DNA from: an uncultured virus (IMG/VR IMGVR_UViG_3300020042_013559)
Lineage: Duplodnaviria > Heunggongvirae > Uroviricota > Caudoviricetes
Length of the DNA stretch: 60,463 nt
Direction: 5' to 3' (one strand)
IMG/VR virus record: IMGVR_UViG_3300020042_013559
The position numbers and the translations under genes are program-made. A model generated the notes under the pieces. The model saw only the letters and a program-made list of their open reading frames with translations, searched no databases and was not told the origin of the DNA. Below, in pieces: positions 30,995 to 39,651 of this stretch (position 1 is the stretch's first letter; each line of letters begins with the position of its first letter).

Positions 30995-31144
30995 ATGGAC
31001 AATATTCAAAAGTCTCTTATCAACAATTTTCTTAAGTGTCTTACTGAAAAAGATTATAATAATGCTAAAAAAGCTCTTAATTCAGTGATGGATATTAAAT
31101 TACAAAATCGTATACAAAACGCAGTTAAGGACTTAAAAAAATAA
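30995..31144 (+). CDS. gp67: Small prohead core protein, gp67-like (not in the ORF track)
   Basis: 49 aa MDNIQKSLINNFLKCLTEKDYNNAKKALNSVMDIKLQNRIQNAVKDLKK; helix pattern like gp67; TAAATA at 30981. Confidence 0.6.
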   Translation: MDNIQKSLINNFLKCLTEKDYNNAKKALNSVMDIKLQNRIQNAVKDLKK

Positions 31145-31173
31145 AAAAATCAAAAAAATTAGGACAAAATAAA

Positions 31174-31179
31174 TAAATA
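31174..31179 (+). promoter_or_regulatory. Late promoter core TAAATA (gp22-gp23)
   Basis: 5 nt before ATG 31185. Confidence 0.7.
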
Positions 31180-31184
31180 ATTCT

Positions 31185-32063
31185 ATGAGCAAAAACGTTG
31201 TTGATGTACTTAAAGAAGCCACAAGGGATATTCTTAGCGAACAAACTTTGAATGAGATACAACAATCATTCGAAGCTTCTGTTAACGAAAAAGTTAAAAT
31301 ACACGTTGAAAAAGCTCTTGCTGAACAAGACGAAGATCACAGCAAAAAGCTAGAATCTCTTGTCGAAGCAATCGATAAAGATCATGTTGCCAAGCTGAAT
31401 AAAGTTGTTGCTGCTATCGATGAAAATCATAGCGGAAAGCTGAAATCTATTGTTGAAAAATATACAAAAGCTCTTAACAGCGAAGCCAAAAATTTCAAAA
31501 ATGAAACCGTCAATGATATCAGCACCTATTTGGAAGCTTATCTTGATGAAGTTGTTCCTACCGAAGACATCAAAAAAGCAGTGGCTAATCGCCGTGCTGT
31601 TGATATTCTCGGAAAGGTTCGTAATCTTCTCGCCGTTGATGCCGCGACTGCCCAAGAAAGCATTCGTGAAGCAGTAATGGACGGAAAGAAACAATTAGAT
31701 GAAGCTCGTAAAGAGCTTGAAAGCGCAAAAGAGCGCGGAGTAGTTCTTGAAAAAGAACTCAATAAGACACAAGCATCACTTCTTCTTGAAAAGAAGACAC
31801 GTGAGCTTCCTGAAAACAAGAAGAAGTATATCCAAAAACTTCTTGGAAATAAGGACGTTGAGTTCATCAAGGAAAACTTCGATTACACTCTTAAACTCTT
31901 TAATACAACTGAAGAGGAGCGTCTTTCAACAATTCGCGACGAAGCTGTAGAGCAAACTGAAACAGTTGATCGTGTCGTAGTAGAGGAAGCTGCTTATGAA
32001 AAGCCTGCTTCTGAATCCGACTCATCCACTTCAAGTTATCTCAACGAGCTTGGTCGTTGGTAA
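31185..32063 (+). CDS. gp22: Prohead core scaffold protein
   Basis: Acidic coiled coil, FEASVNEKV, between protease and major capsid gene. Confidence 0.88.
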   Translation: MSKNVVDVLKEATRDILSEQTLNEIQQSFEASVNEKVKIHVEKALAEQDEDHSKKLESLVEAIDKDHVAKLNKVVAAIDENHSGKLKSIVEKYTKALNSEAKNFKNETVNDISTYLEAYLDEVVPTEDIKKAVANRRAVDILGKVRNLLAVDAATAQESIREAVMDGKKQLDEARKELESAKERGVVLEKELNKTQASLLLEKKTRELPENKKKYIQKLLGNKDVEFIKENFDYTLKLFNTTEEERLSTIRDEAVEQTETVDRVVVEEAAYEKPASESDSSTSSYLNELGRW

Positions 32064-32064
32064 T

Positions 32065-32129
32065 TTCTGAGGTCTAAGACCTGAGAATTTTTGGTAGCAC
32101 TTGTGCTATCGGTCGATATTTTAAAGGAG
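32065..32129 (+). promoter_or_regulatory. Two stem-loops and a Shine-Dalgarno site in the capsid gene leader
   Basis: ttctgaggtc-taa-gacctgagaa (32065-32087), ggtagca-cttg-tgctatc (32093-32110), AAGGAG at 32124-32129. Confidence 0.7.
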
Positions 32130-32139
32130 AATGTAATAA

Positions 32140-33636
32140 ATGAGTAAGCGTATCGCTCCTCCCACGAGTTACATCAATCAGAGTCGTGCTAAGACTCTTC
32201 TAGAAAAATGGGCACCCGTTCTCGATTATACCTCGGATTCTGTCCGGGCTATCGAAGACGATCATACCCGTCTTAACACCGCCATGCTTTTGGAAAACCA
32301 AGAGCAATGGTGCCAAGTTAACGAAGACAATTCCGCCGGTAACGGTGGTGTTTTCGGTTCTGGAGCTAGCATTGGTGCAGCGTTCAATCCCCCTGGCCAG
32401 ATCACCTCGCGTGATTCTTATGCCACTGGTGATGCTCGTCTGCCCAAGATTCTGATCCCGATGATTCGTCGTACATTCCCCGAACTAATCACCAACGAGA
32501 TCGTAGGCGTACAACCTATGAGTGGCCCAGTTGGTCTTGCTTTCGCTCTTCGCTACAAGTACCTTGCTAAACAGCTTGGTAACGATGGCGTGGACGGCAG
32601 CGGAACCAACGCTAATGGCGCTCTACCGAATCCTCAAGCCCTTGCTAACGGTGCTGAACTTGGTTATCAGCTACTTGACACAAGGTATACAGGCACTTCG
32701 TCTTCTCAGTTGTCTGGTGCTGCAGCCTCTCAACCCTATTCCAACGTGTTCAACATGTTGGGATCGGATCAGGGTGTTGCCCAGATTCTGAGCCAATTCG
32801 AACTTACCGGTAAGATTCCCCAGATTGAAGTTTCTTTCGAGAAAACTGCAGTCGAAGCAGGAACACGTAGGCTCGCCGCTCGCTGGTCCGTAGAGCTTGA
32901 ACAAGACTTGAAGAATATGAATGGTATCGACATCGACACAGAGTTGACCAATGCTATGAGCTATGAGCTACAGGCAGAAATCGACCGTGAGATGATCATT
33001 CGTATGGTTCAGGTTGCGCTCAATGCTGGATACGGCTCCGGATATTCCGTATGGTCCCCTGCTTCCGCTGACGGTCGCTGGCTAGTTGAACGTAATCGTG
33101 ACTTCTACCAGAGACTCATCATCGAAGCTAACCGTATTGCGGTTCGTAATCGCCGTGGTGCTGCCAACTTTATTGTTGCCACACCTCGCGTTTGCGCAAT
33201 CTTGGAAATGCTTCCTGAGTTCCAGTGGGTTCCCGTCCAAGGTAATGTCAACACTCAACCTGTTGGCGTTGCTAAGGTTGGTAATCTCGGTGGTCGGTTC
33301 AACGTGTATCGTGATACCCGCACAGACGCGCAGGCTGAGAATCTTGGAGCATATCCAGGTTCTTACACAAACCCGCAGCGTTCTACCCGCGTCGAGTATG
33401 CACTACTCGGCTACAAGGGGCCGGAGTATTATGATACCGGAATTATCTACTGCCCATACATCCCAGTTCTCGTTCAACGCACGATTGGTCCTAACGACTT
33501 CTCGCCTCGCGTTGGATTGATGACTCGGTATGGTGTTGTTGATAATATATTCGGGGCAAACCTGTACTACCACGTAATTCTTTGCGTTGGTCTGGGTCAA
33601 GCCTTCACACCTGCCACACAGAGCGTCTACTTCTAA
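32140..33636 (+). CDS. gp23: Major capsid protein
   Basis: LLEKWAPVL, LLENQ, GVQPMSGPVGLAFALR, ELEQDLKNMNGID, YCPYIP, PRVGLMTRYG. Confidence 0.98.
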   Translation: MSKRIAPPTSYINQSRAKTLLEKWAPVLDYTSDSVRAIEDDHTRLNTAMLLENQEQWCQVNEDNSAGNGGVFGSGASIGAAFNPPGQITSRDSYATGDARLPKILIPMIRRTFPELITNEIVGVQPMSGPVGLAFALRYKYLAKQLGNDGVDGSGTNANGALPNPQALANGAELGYQLLDTRYTGTSSSQLSGAAASQPYSNVFNMLGSDQGVAQILSQFELTGKIPQIEVSFEKTAVEAGTRRLAARWSVELEQDLKNMNGIDIDTELTNAMSYELQAEIDREMIIRMVQVALNAGYGSGYSVWSPASADGRWLVERNRDFYQRLIIEANRIAVRNRRGAANFIVATPRVCAILEMLPEFQWVPVQGNVNTQPVGVAKVGNLGGRFNVYRDTRTDAQAENLGAYPGSYTNPQRSTRVEYALLGYKGPEYYDTGIIYCPYIPVLVQRTIGPNDFSPRVGLMTRYGVVDNIFGANLYYHVILCVGLGQAFTPATQSVYF

Positions 33637-33696
33637 AAAAAGTAGATTCTGGCAAGTAAAAGAAAACTTTTCACACGGTATGTCCCGTGAACTTTT

Positions 33697-33733
33697 AAAA
33701 GAGGGGGGGATCGAAAGATCCCCCTCTTTTTTT
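33697..33733 (+). terminator. Rho-independent terminator after gp23
   Basis: aaaagagggggggatc-gaaa-gatccccctc followed by a T run; GAAA tetraloop. Confidence 0.9.
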
Positions 33734-33809
33734 ATTTAAAAAACTAACGAAAAATTACAAATTATGTCTAAATTATAACACTATAAACAGTAAATATTTA
33801 AAACTTATT

Positions 33810-34022
33810 ATGCCTTATCAAGATGATATATTAGATGTGCGTGAACGAATTGTGCGCATGGAAACCAAAATTGACCATATAATTGACAAAATGGACGATC
33901 ATCATGATCGTTTAACAAATATTGAAAAATTTAAAACAAAAATTGTAGGTGGAGCCATAACAATATCAGCATTAGCAACTTTCATATGGGACGTATTAAA
34001 AACAAAAATAGGAATGTTTTAA
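33810..34022 (+). CDS. Small coiled-coil membrane protein, XhlA/holin-like
   Basis: RIVRMETKIDHI...HDRLTNIE then hydrophobic IVGGAITISALATFIW; TAAATA upstream. Confidence 0.6.
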   Translation: MPYQDDILDVRERIVRMETKIDHIIDKMDDHHDRLTNIEKFKTKIVGGAITISALATFIWDVLKTKIGMF

Positions 34023-34041
34023 AAAAAAATTAAAAAAAGAA

Positions 34042-34047
34042 TAAATA
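34042..34047 (+). promoter_or_regulatory. Late promoter core TAAATA
   Basis: 6 nt before ATG 34054. Confidence 0.7.
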
Positions 34048-34053
34048 TATTAT

Positions 34054-34473
34054 ATGGCAATTATATCTTTCCCCAATCAAGTTTTGGATCCAAACAGCGT
34101 AACACCTTCTTATATTCCAACACAAAATTATAGTTTGAGCGCAAGTGGAAAAAATGTTGATTTAATCAGTGCAGGCTCAAATATTGAACTAGTTACTTTT
34201 AATGACACAACAATTGCTTTGACAAATACATATGCAACTCTTTCTGCAAATGCAACTCCCAATTCACAAACTCTTTCTGCAGCAAATGCAGTAAGATTGC
34301 GAGTGGATCGTGCTTATAATGGTGTACAATTCTCCGTTGTGTACAAGGATCGTAGCAGCAGCTTGTTTACCGCTGCTACTGCCACACAATCGCCCAATGG
34401 TCAAACATTGACAGATAATGGTTTTGAAACAGTATCACCTAATTTGCGACGTTTGGTGAATCTTGGATATTAA
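34054..34473 (+). CDS. Small late virion protein (possible decoration protein)
   Basis: 139 aa, S/T/A/N-rich, TAAATA 6 nt upstream. Confidence 0.55.
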   Translation: MAIISFPNQVLDPNSVTPSYIPTQNYSLSASGKNVDLISAGSNIELVTFNDTTIALTNTYATLSANATPNSQTLSAANAVRLRVDRAYNGVQFSVVYKDRSSSLFTAATATQSPNGQTLTDNGFETVSPNLRRLVNLGY

Positions 34474-35026
34474 TTTCTTTTAATACTTTTGCAGTTCTAT
34501 CCTGCAAAGAACCGGTTAAACGAACCAATTTTTTAAAAGGAGCAACATGCTCTTTCATATAATTCTCAAAAATTGAAGTTATTATATTTCGATATTCCAA
34601 GTCTACGTTCCTATAATTGTCATTTTCCACCGGTATTCCATTTGGGTCACAATAAAAAACAATATCAATTTCTGTGCATAACATTCTTAGCATGAGCAAA
34701 CCATAATCAAAAACCCAAGGTTTATTTTTTCCAATGCTTGTGCTCCATTCACTGTAAACCACACCATCCATCAACCATCGATCATAAATGAAATTCTTTG
34801 TATTATATTGTTTTGGTTTGATAACCAAATCATCAATATAATTGTTGAAAAGAAGAACCTGAGAAAGATCATCCCCTTTTTCATTTATTTCAAAACCAAG
34901 ATCTTTTAATTTACGAGCACCTCCTTTTATAAAAGTATAATCCTGTTTGTTTAAATGATTATCCAAAAGATTCTTTATAATAGTACTTTTACCTGAAGCT
35001 TGAGGACCAGAAAATGCAATTTTCAA
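34439..35026 (-). CDS. P-loop nucleotide kinase (AAA_28/NadR-like or dNMP kinase-like)
   Basis: IAFSGPQASGKST, IYDRWLMDGVVY, ENDNYR; TTG start. Confidence 0.8.
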   Translation of the reverse strand: MKIAFSGPQASGKSTIIKNLLDNHLNKQDYTFIKGGARKLKDLGFEINEKGDDLSQVLLFNNYIDDLVIKPKQYNTKNFIYDRWLMDGVVYSEWSTSIGKNKPWVFDYGLLMLRMLCTEIDIVFYCDPNGIPVENDNYRNVDLEYRNIITSIFENYMKEHVAPFKKLVRLTGSLQDRTAKVLKEINIQDSPNVAN

Positions 35027-35033
35027 GGTATTT

Positions 35034-35061
35034 TATATAACATAAATAATCAATTTTTCAA
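35034..35061 (-). promoter_or_regulatory. Sigma70-like promoter for the kinase gene
   Basis: TTGAAA-N16-TATATA with TG extension, 7 nt before TTG; -10 box imperfect. Confidence 0.45.
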
Positions 35062-35087
35062 CTAATTGCAAAAAAAGGTTCTTTTTC

Positions 35088-35093
35088 TAAATA
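35088..35093 (+). promoter_or_regulatory. Late promoter core TAAATA (muralytic protein and gp5)
   Basis: 10 nt before ATG 35104. Confidence 0.65.
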
Positions 35094-35103
35094 ATTGTAG
35101 GTT

Positions 35104-36813
35104 ATGGCAAATGATATTTCTCCCGCATTATTATCAAAATTGGCACCAGAAATGAATTTGCAATTATTGCAAAAAGTAACTTCCACTCCCAATTTTGATC
35201 AAACATCCCAACAAATAAGCCAATTAAATCCTGAAAATTTAACAGCTTTGGTTCAACAAGTTCCGGCTGCTTTTGGTTTTACAAGTATTTTGGATAGTAT
35301 TCCAACGCTTCCATCAAGCAAAATATTAAACGGCCAGGTAAATCAAATAACCCAAGGTATTGATATTGTTAATCAATTTTTGGGTGCTGTAAATTCAATT
35401 CAGGGCAACGTGCAAATTCCGGATTTTGCAGCAGGAGATGTAAACATTGATTCCATTTTCGAAAATACTTTCAATCAATTAGCTCAAAGATCAGCTTCAA
35501 GTTTTTCATCATCTCAATCACAAGTAGGTTCAGTATTTCAAACTTTTCAAAATGTTTCAAATATAAGTTCTGTTTTGAATTCCATTCAAACTTCACTTCC
35601 TTCCAATATTTCACCCAAGCAAATTAGAGATTTAAATGCTTCTCCACAAAACCTTAATAATTTTGTCAATACAACTGCACAAAAAGCCAATTCGAATGTT
35701 CAAACTCAGGCAATAAGTAATGCAGTAACTTACACAAACAATGCTGCTGGAGCAAATACAACTCAGGCACAATCATCCCCAATTGTTCCAAATGCATCCT
35801 CTGGTGAGGATTTTAAAGTAAAAGCAGTTGTTACCACATATGGAAAAGGAGAAAAGGTAGGAAGTGGGGGAGACAAATGGACAGCTCGAGGTGATAGTGC
35901 AACAGGACAAGGGAACCTTGTGGAAGGAATCAGTTGTGCAGTGGATCCTTCAATCATTCCTTATGGATCTAAAATAGTTTTTGAGGATCCTCGACTGGGA
36001 ACTCGTGTTGCCATGGATACAGGTTCTGCCGTGGTTTCTCAGCAAGCAGCCAGATCCAGGGGAATATCATTGGGTAATGAAAATAATGCTCCAGTACCTT
36101 ATGAAGCAGGTAGTGGGGCAGCATCAACCGATCAAACTGTAAGAACAGGTGGAAGAGGTTCAAAATTATCAGGAAATCTGATTCTTAAAGATACAGATGG
36201 TACAATTTTAGGAAAATATAAATTTGTTAATGGTGGATCAGGACGAGGAAATATTCCTTTTGGTACATATACAGTATCCAATTATATGACTGCTCAACAA
36301 CGTCAGCAAGCAGGCAGAAGTCAAAGAGGTTCTTTAAGAGGTCAGGATACATTTGATCTTAATGATGTGTACGATCCTGTTTATAGTGATACACGTTCCG
36401 GTTTATTGATTCATCCTGCAGCAAATGCAACAGAAGGATGTATAGGAATTCAGGAAAATTGGCCGGATTTTCGTGAAAAAATGAAATATCTTATGTCCAA
36501 AAATGGAGGAAATTACAAGATTGAATTTGGTCCGGATGCAAATACGGTAAACAATCGTAATCCTGAAAGGGTTGTAACTATTGATGTTTATTTCGAAACA
36601 GAAAAGTCCCGACAAGCTTTTGAAAAAGTGATACAGAATATAGGTGGAGGAGGAACTGTTGCAGCCACAGTTCAACCTCCAAGAAACGGTGTAATTGGAA
36701 AAAATGTTCGTTCTCCTTCTGGAAGAACAACAGTAGCATATTATCCAAAAGGATATGAACGTTTTAAAAACCCTAGCAGTGAACAATTGCTTAAAGCTGC
36801 AGGATTAATATAA
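35104..36813 (+). CDS. Tail-associated muralytic protein: 3D domain interrupted by a Tlde1/DUF2778-like L,D-transpeptidase-fold domain
   Basis: TTYG...CAVDPSIIPYGS...AMDTGSAV, then GNIPFGTYTV...RSGLLIHPAANATEGCIGI, then TIDVYF; directly before gp5. Confidence 0.75.
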   Translation: MANDISPALLSKLAPEMNLQLLQKVTSTPNFDQTSQQISQLNPENLTALVQQVPAAFGFTSILDSIPTLPSSKILNGQVNQITQGIDIVNQFLGAVNSIQGNVQIPDFAAGDVNIDSIFENTFNQLAQRSASSFSSSQSQVGSVFQTFQNVSNISSVLNSIQTSLPSNISPKQIRDLNASPQNLNNFVNTTAQKANSNVQTQAISNAVTYTNNAAGANTTQAQSSPIVPNASSGEDFKVKAVVTTYGKGEKVGSGGDKWTARGDSATGQGNLVEGISCAVDPSIIPYGSKIVFEDPRLGTRVAMDTGSAVVSQQAARSRGISLGNENNAPVPYEAGSGAASTDQTVRTGGRGSKLSGNLILKDTDGTILGKYKFVNGGSGRGNIPFGTYTVSNYMTAQQRQQAGRSQRGSLRGQDTFDLNDVYDPVYSDTRSGLLIHPAANATEGCIGIQENWPDFREKMKYLMSKNGGNYKIEFGPDANTVNNRNPERVVTIDVYFETEKSRQAFEKVIQNIGGGGTVAATVQPPRNGVIGKNVRSPSGRTTVAYYPKGYERFKNPSSEQLLKAAGLI

Positions 36814-39116
36814 TGAAAAAGCGATTTGATGGTCAATATTTGGGAATTGTTGTACAAAACAACGATCCGGAAAAGCGTGGACGGTTAAAGGTATTTGTTC
36901 CGCATGTGACTCCTACCGTTTATAACAAATGGAATGAAGTAAAAATAGACAAACAATTTAATTTTGTAGGAGAAAATCTTACAAGCAGCATTAATAGCAT
37001 TATTGATGATTTGAAAAAAATACTTCCTTGGGCTGATTGTGCCATGCCTCTTTTTGGAGGATCCAGTGGAGGAAGATACAATGCCACGGAAAAAACAGGC
37101 AGCATAAGTGACAGCAGCTTGTTGGAAACAACCAAACCGAACAATGATTTTTCCACCACAGATTCCAGTCAAAATATTGATGGAATAGGAGAAAAACCCG
37201 GTAATTTGATAGAAAAAACAGGAGTTAGAGTTTCTGATGCTTTTTATTCCAGTCCAAATAACAATACAAACAGAATCAATCCAAATTCATATGCATATGT
37301 TCCCAGCAGTTATAGTAATCGGGCAAAAGGATTGTTTTGCATACCAAACGTGGGCGCACATCTATGGGTTTTCTTTTTAGACGGAAATCCTCTCCGACCT
37401 GTTTATTGGGCGGCAAGCTATGGACAATCTGATTGGCAAGGAATATATGATGATGATTATGGTGTGGCCGAAGATTATCCAGGAACTTATGAAAATATTG
37501 ATGAGAACAACAAAGCTTTAAAAGGTCAAAGAAGCGATGTAGAAACATATCGAAACAAGATGGTCATGAGTCAAAAGGGTGGTGCTTTAGAGATTGTTAA
37601 TACAGACATGAAGGAAACAATTAAACTTACACATTATTCTGGTTCTTTCCTTGAATTTAATAATGCAACAATAACAAAATTGGCCACAAAGAATGATCAA
37701 TCTTTGATAATGGCCGATCAATTTTTAACAGTTAAAGGTTATCAAAACCTTTTTGTTGGAAGAGATATGGACAATGTCATTTCCGGAGATGTTTACTGGA
37801 AGATTGGTAATTTAAACACAAATGCTCAACAACAATGGAAAAGTTTAGTAGATCCTATAGCAGATATCAAACAGCTTTTTGAAATTAATCGCACAAATAA
37901 AAAAGAAGGAGATCCCAATCGAACCAGTTCTTTGAATCAAAAACAAAGTGGAAGTTTTGGTTCCTGTCCTGTTTGTTCCAAAGGAAGAAAATATTTTGCA
38001 CTCAATAATCAATTTAAAACTGTGGTCATTCCTGTTGTCACAATCAGCAGCAATGGTGTAGACAAATACGAAACTGTAGATCCCAAAGGAAAGTCTTCTT
38101 CTGCACAATCCATTGCATTTCCTCCCACATCCAGATGTCCAGTATGTGGAAAGAGTGGAAAAAGCCCAAGCAGCATGGATGGTAATTGGGAAAAAAATGC
38201 TGAAAAGAAAAGATTGGAACAATTATATCAAAGCAAAATTGTTGATTTGGCTAAAATAGAGGAAAATATTGGATTAGGCGGATGTCTTATCACTGAAGTT
38301 GCCAAACATAAAATTGATACTGTGGGCATGGTCATGAATGATTTTGGATCTATAAGGATAGATCCTTCTGGAAAAATATATAATTATAAAGTTCAAATTG
38401 ACGAACAAGGAGTATATGAAAATCAAAAAAGCAGTCCTTTGATTGAACCTGTTCATGTGGATGATCTGCCCGGTGGAAATTATACAATAAATGCATGTAA
38501 CAGATACACACTGCAGGTTGGTGCCGGAGGAATTAGTGTAAAAACTCTTGGACCCATTGAAATGAGCGGAACTATTACAAGTATTGCCGGTCAACAAGTG
38601 AATATAGGTGCTCAATATGAATTGAATATTGATGGCGGTCAAAGAACAGTCATTACCAGTGATATTTTGGTATTACGTCAAAGAAATTATGATCAGGTCA
38701 TGGTGGATTCCAGCCTGGGAGTAAGCCGAAATCTTGTGGTTGCAGGAGGTGCTCATATTGAAGGAGAACTTACCGTTCAACACATCACAGCTCCAGTGGA
38801 AATACAAGAAACAGAAAAAACTTTTGTTTATGGTGAAACGGTCAATGGAAAACGCATAGGAACTGCCTTTATCACAGGCGGATCTTCTCGTGGAAATTAC
38901 GCAGTTTACGGTGATTCACACGATCCTGATTGTTTATTCACATACAGTCACAGTCATTTGTTTAAAAATCTTCCTCTTAATCTTCTGCCCAAGAACAATG
39001 ATGTTAGAAAAGTTGCCCAAAGCAGCAACAATATTGATCGATTTGTTGCAGATCCTCAGAACAATGCTTATAATATAAAAGGAAGCACACCCCCTCAGAA
39101 TCCAATTGTTCGTTAA
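36813..39116 (+). CDS. gp5: Baseplate spike/hub protein, gp5/VgrG-like, without a lysozyme domain
   Basis: YLGIVVQNNDPEKRGRLKVFVP, IPNVGAHLWVFFLDGNPLRPVYW (OB fold), LTHYSGSFLEF, beta-helix repeats, C-terminal HSH. Confidence 0.85.
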   Translation: MKKRFDGQYLGIVVQNNDPEKRGRLKVFVPHVTPTVYNKWNEVKIDKQFNFVGENLTSSINSIIDDLKKILPWADCAMPLFGGSSGGRYNATEKTGSISDSSLLETTKPNNDFSTTDSSQNIDGIGEKPGNLIEKTGVRVSDAFYSSPNNNTNRINPNSYAYVPSSYSNRAKGLFCIPNVGAHLWVFFLDGNPLRPVYWAASYGQSDWQGIYDDDYGVAEDYPGTYENIDENNKALKGQRSDVETYRNKMVMSQKGGALEIVNTDMKETIKLTHYSGSFLEFNNATITKLATKNDQSLIMADQFLTVKGYQNLFVGRDMDNVISGDVYWKIGNLNTNAQQQWKSLVDPIADIKQLFEINRTNKKEGDPNRTSSLNQKQSGSFGSCPVCSKGRKYFALNNQFKTVVIPVVTISSNGVDKYETVDPKGKSSSAQSIAFPPTSRCPVCGKSGKSPSSMDGNWEKNAEKKRLEQLYQSKIVDLAKIEENIGLGGCLITEVAKHKIDTVGMVMNDFGSIRIDPSGKIYNYKVQIDEQGVYENQKSSPLIEPVHVDDLPGGNYTINACNRYTLQVGAGGISVKTLGPIEMSGTITSIAGQQVNIGAQYELNIDGGQRTVITSDILVLRQRNYDQVMVDSSLGVSRNLVVAGGAHIEGELTVQHITAPVEIQETEKTFVYGETVNGKRIGTAFITGGSSRGNYAVYGDSHDPDCLFTYSHSHLFKNLPLNLLPKNNDVRKVAQSSNNIDRFVADPQNNAYNIKGSTPPQNPIVR

Positions 39117-39616
39117 TAATTGGTTAGTAAAAACAATTGAAATGATGAGATTGTATGATGCAAGGGTAATTCATTATCCCTGATTAGCATATCTGAATAT
39201 GAAACAATGTTTTTAAATGGTTTATTTTTAAAGAATCTGTGCGCATAAAATGTATTGATCGGATACAAATTACGGCTCAGAAACAAATAATTTTCACTAC
39301 ATTCAACTTCCATAGGATTTAAAACAGCTTCATACTGTTCCCTATTCAAATTTGGATTGTGTTGAATTGGATAAATGTTTGGCAGGATATTCTGTTCAAC
39401 CGGGCTTGTGATTCCATACAGAAAAAGCATTTCTTCTTGCTTGGTTCCATATTTGTGGAAAATATATTTTGGTGAAAATTCTTCTTTTATTTGTAATCTT
39501 TTTTGGTCATATTGATTTCGTATAATGAATCCGAAAAAGAATGTAGGATAGGTTATGGTTTCAAATTTTTCGAAGTCGGCGGGCTTCTCTGTTTGACCGA
39601 ATGTTAGTGTCATCAT
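39113..39616 (-). CDS. Hypothetical protein
   Basis: 167-aa ORF with sigma70-like promoter just upstream. Confidence 0.65.
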   Translation of the reverse strand: MMTLTFGQTEKPADFEKFETITYPTFFFGFIIRNQYDQKRLQIKEEFSPKYIFHKYGTKQEEMLFLYGITSPVEQNILPNIYPIQHNPNLNREQYEAVLNPMEVECSENYLFLSRNLYPINTFYAHRFFKNKPFKNIVSYSDMLIRDNELPLHHTISSFQLFLLTNY

Positions 39617-39623
39617 GAAACCT

Positions 39624-39651
39624 ATCGTAAATGATAGATCTCAATTTTCAA
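39624..39651 (-). promoter_or_regulatory. Sigma70-like promoter
   Basis: TTGAAA-N16-TACGAT, 7 nt before ATG 39616. Confidence 0.55.

Noticed and set aside
315..39116. Type VI secretion system or extracellular contractile injection system
   Set aside because: Capsid, scaffold, prohead protease, neck and replication genes show a complete phage
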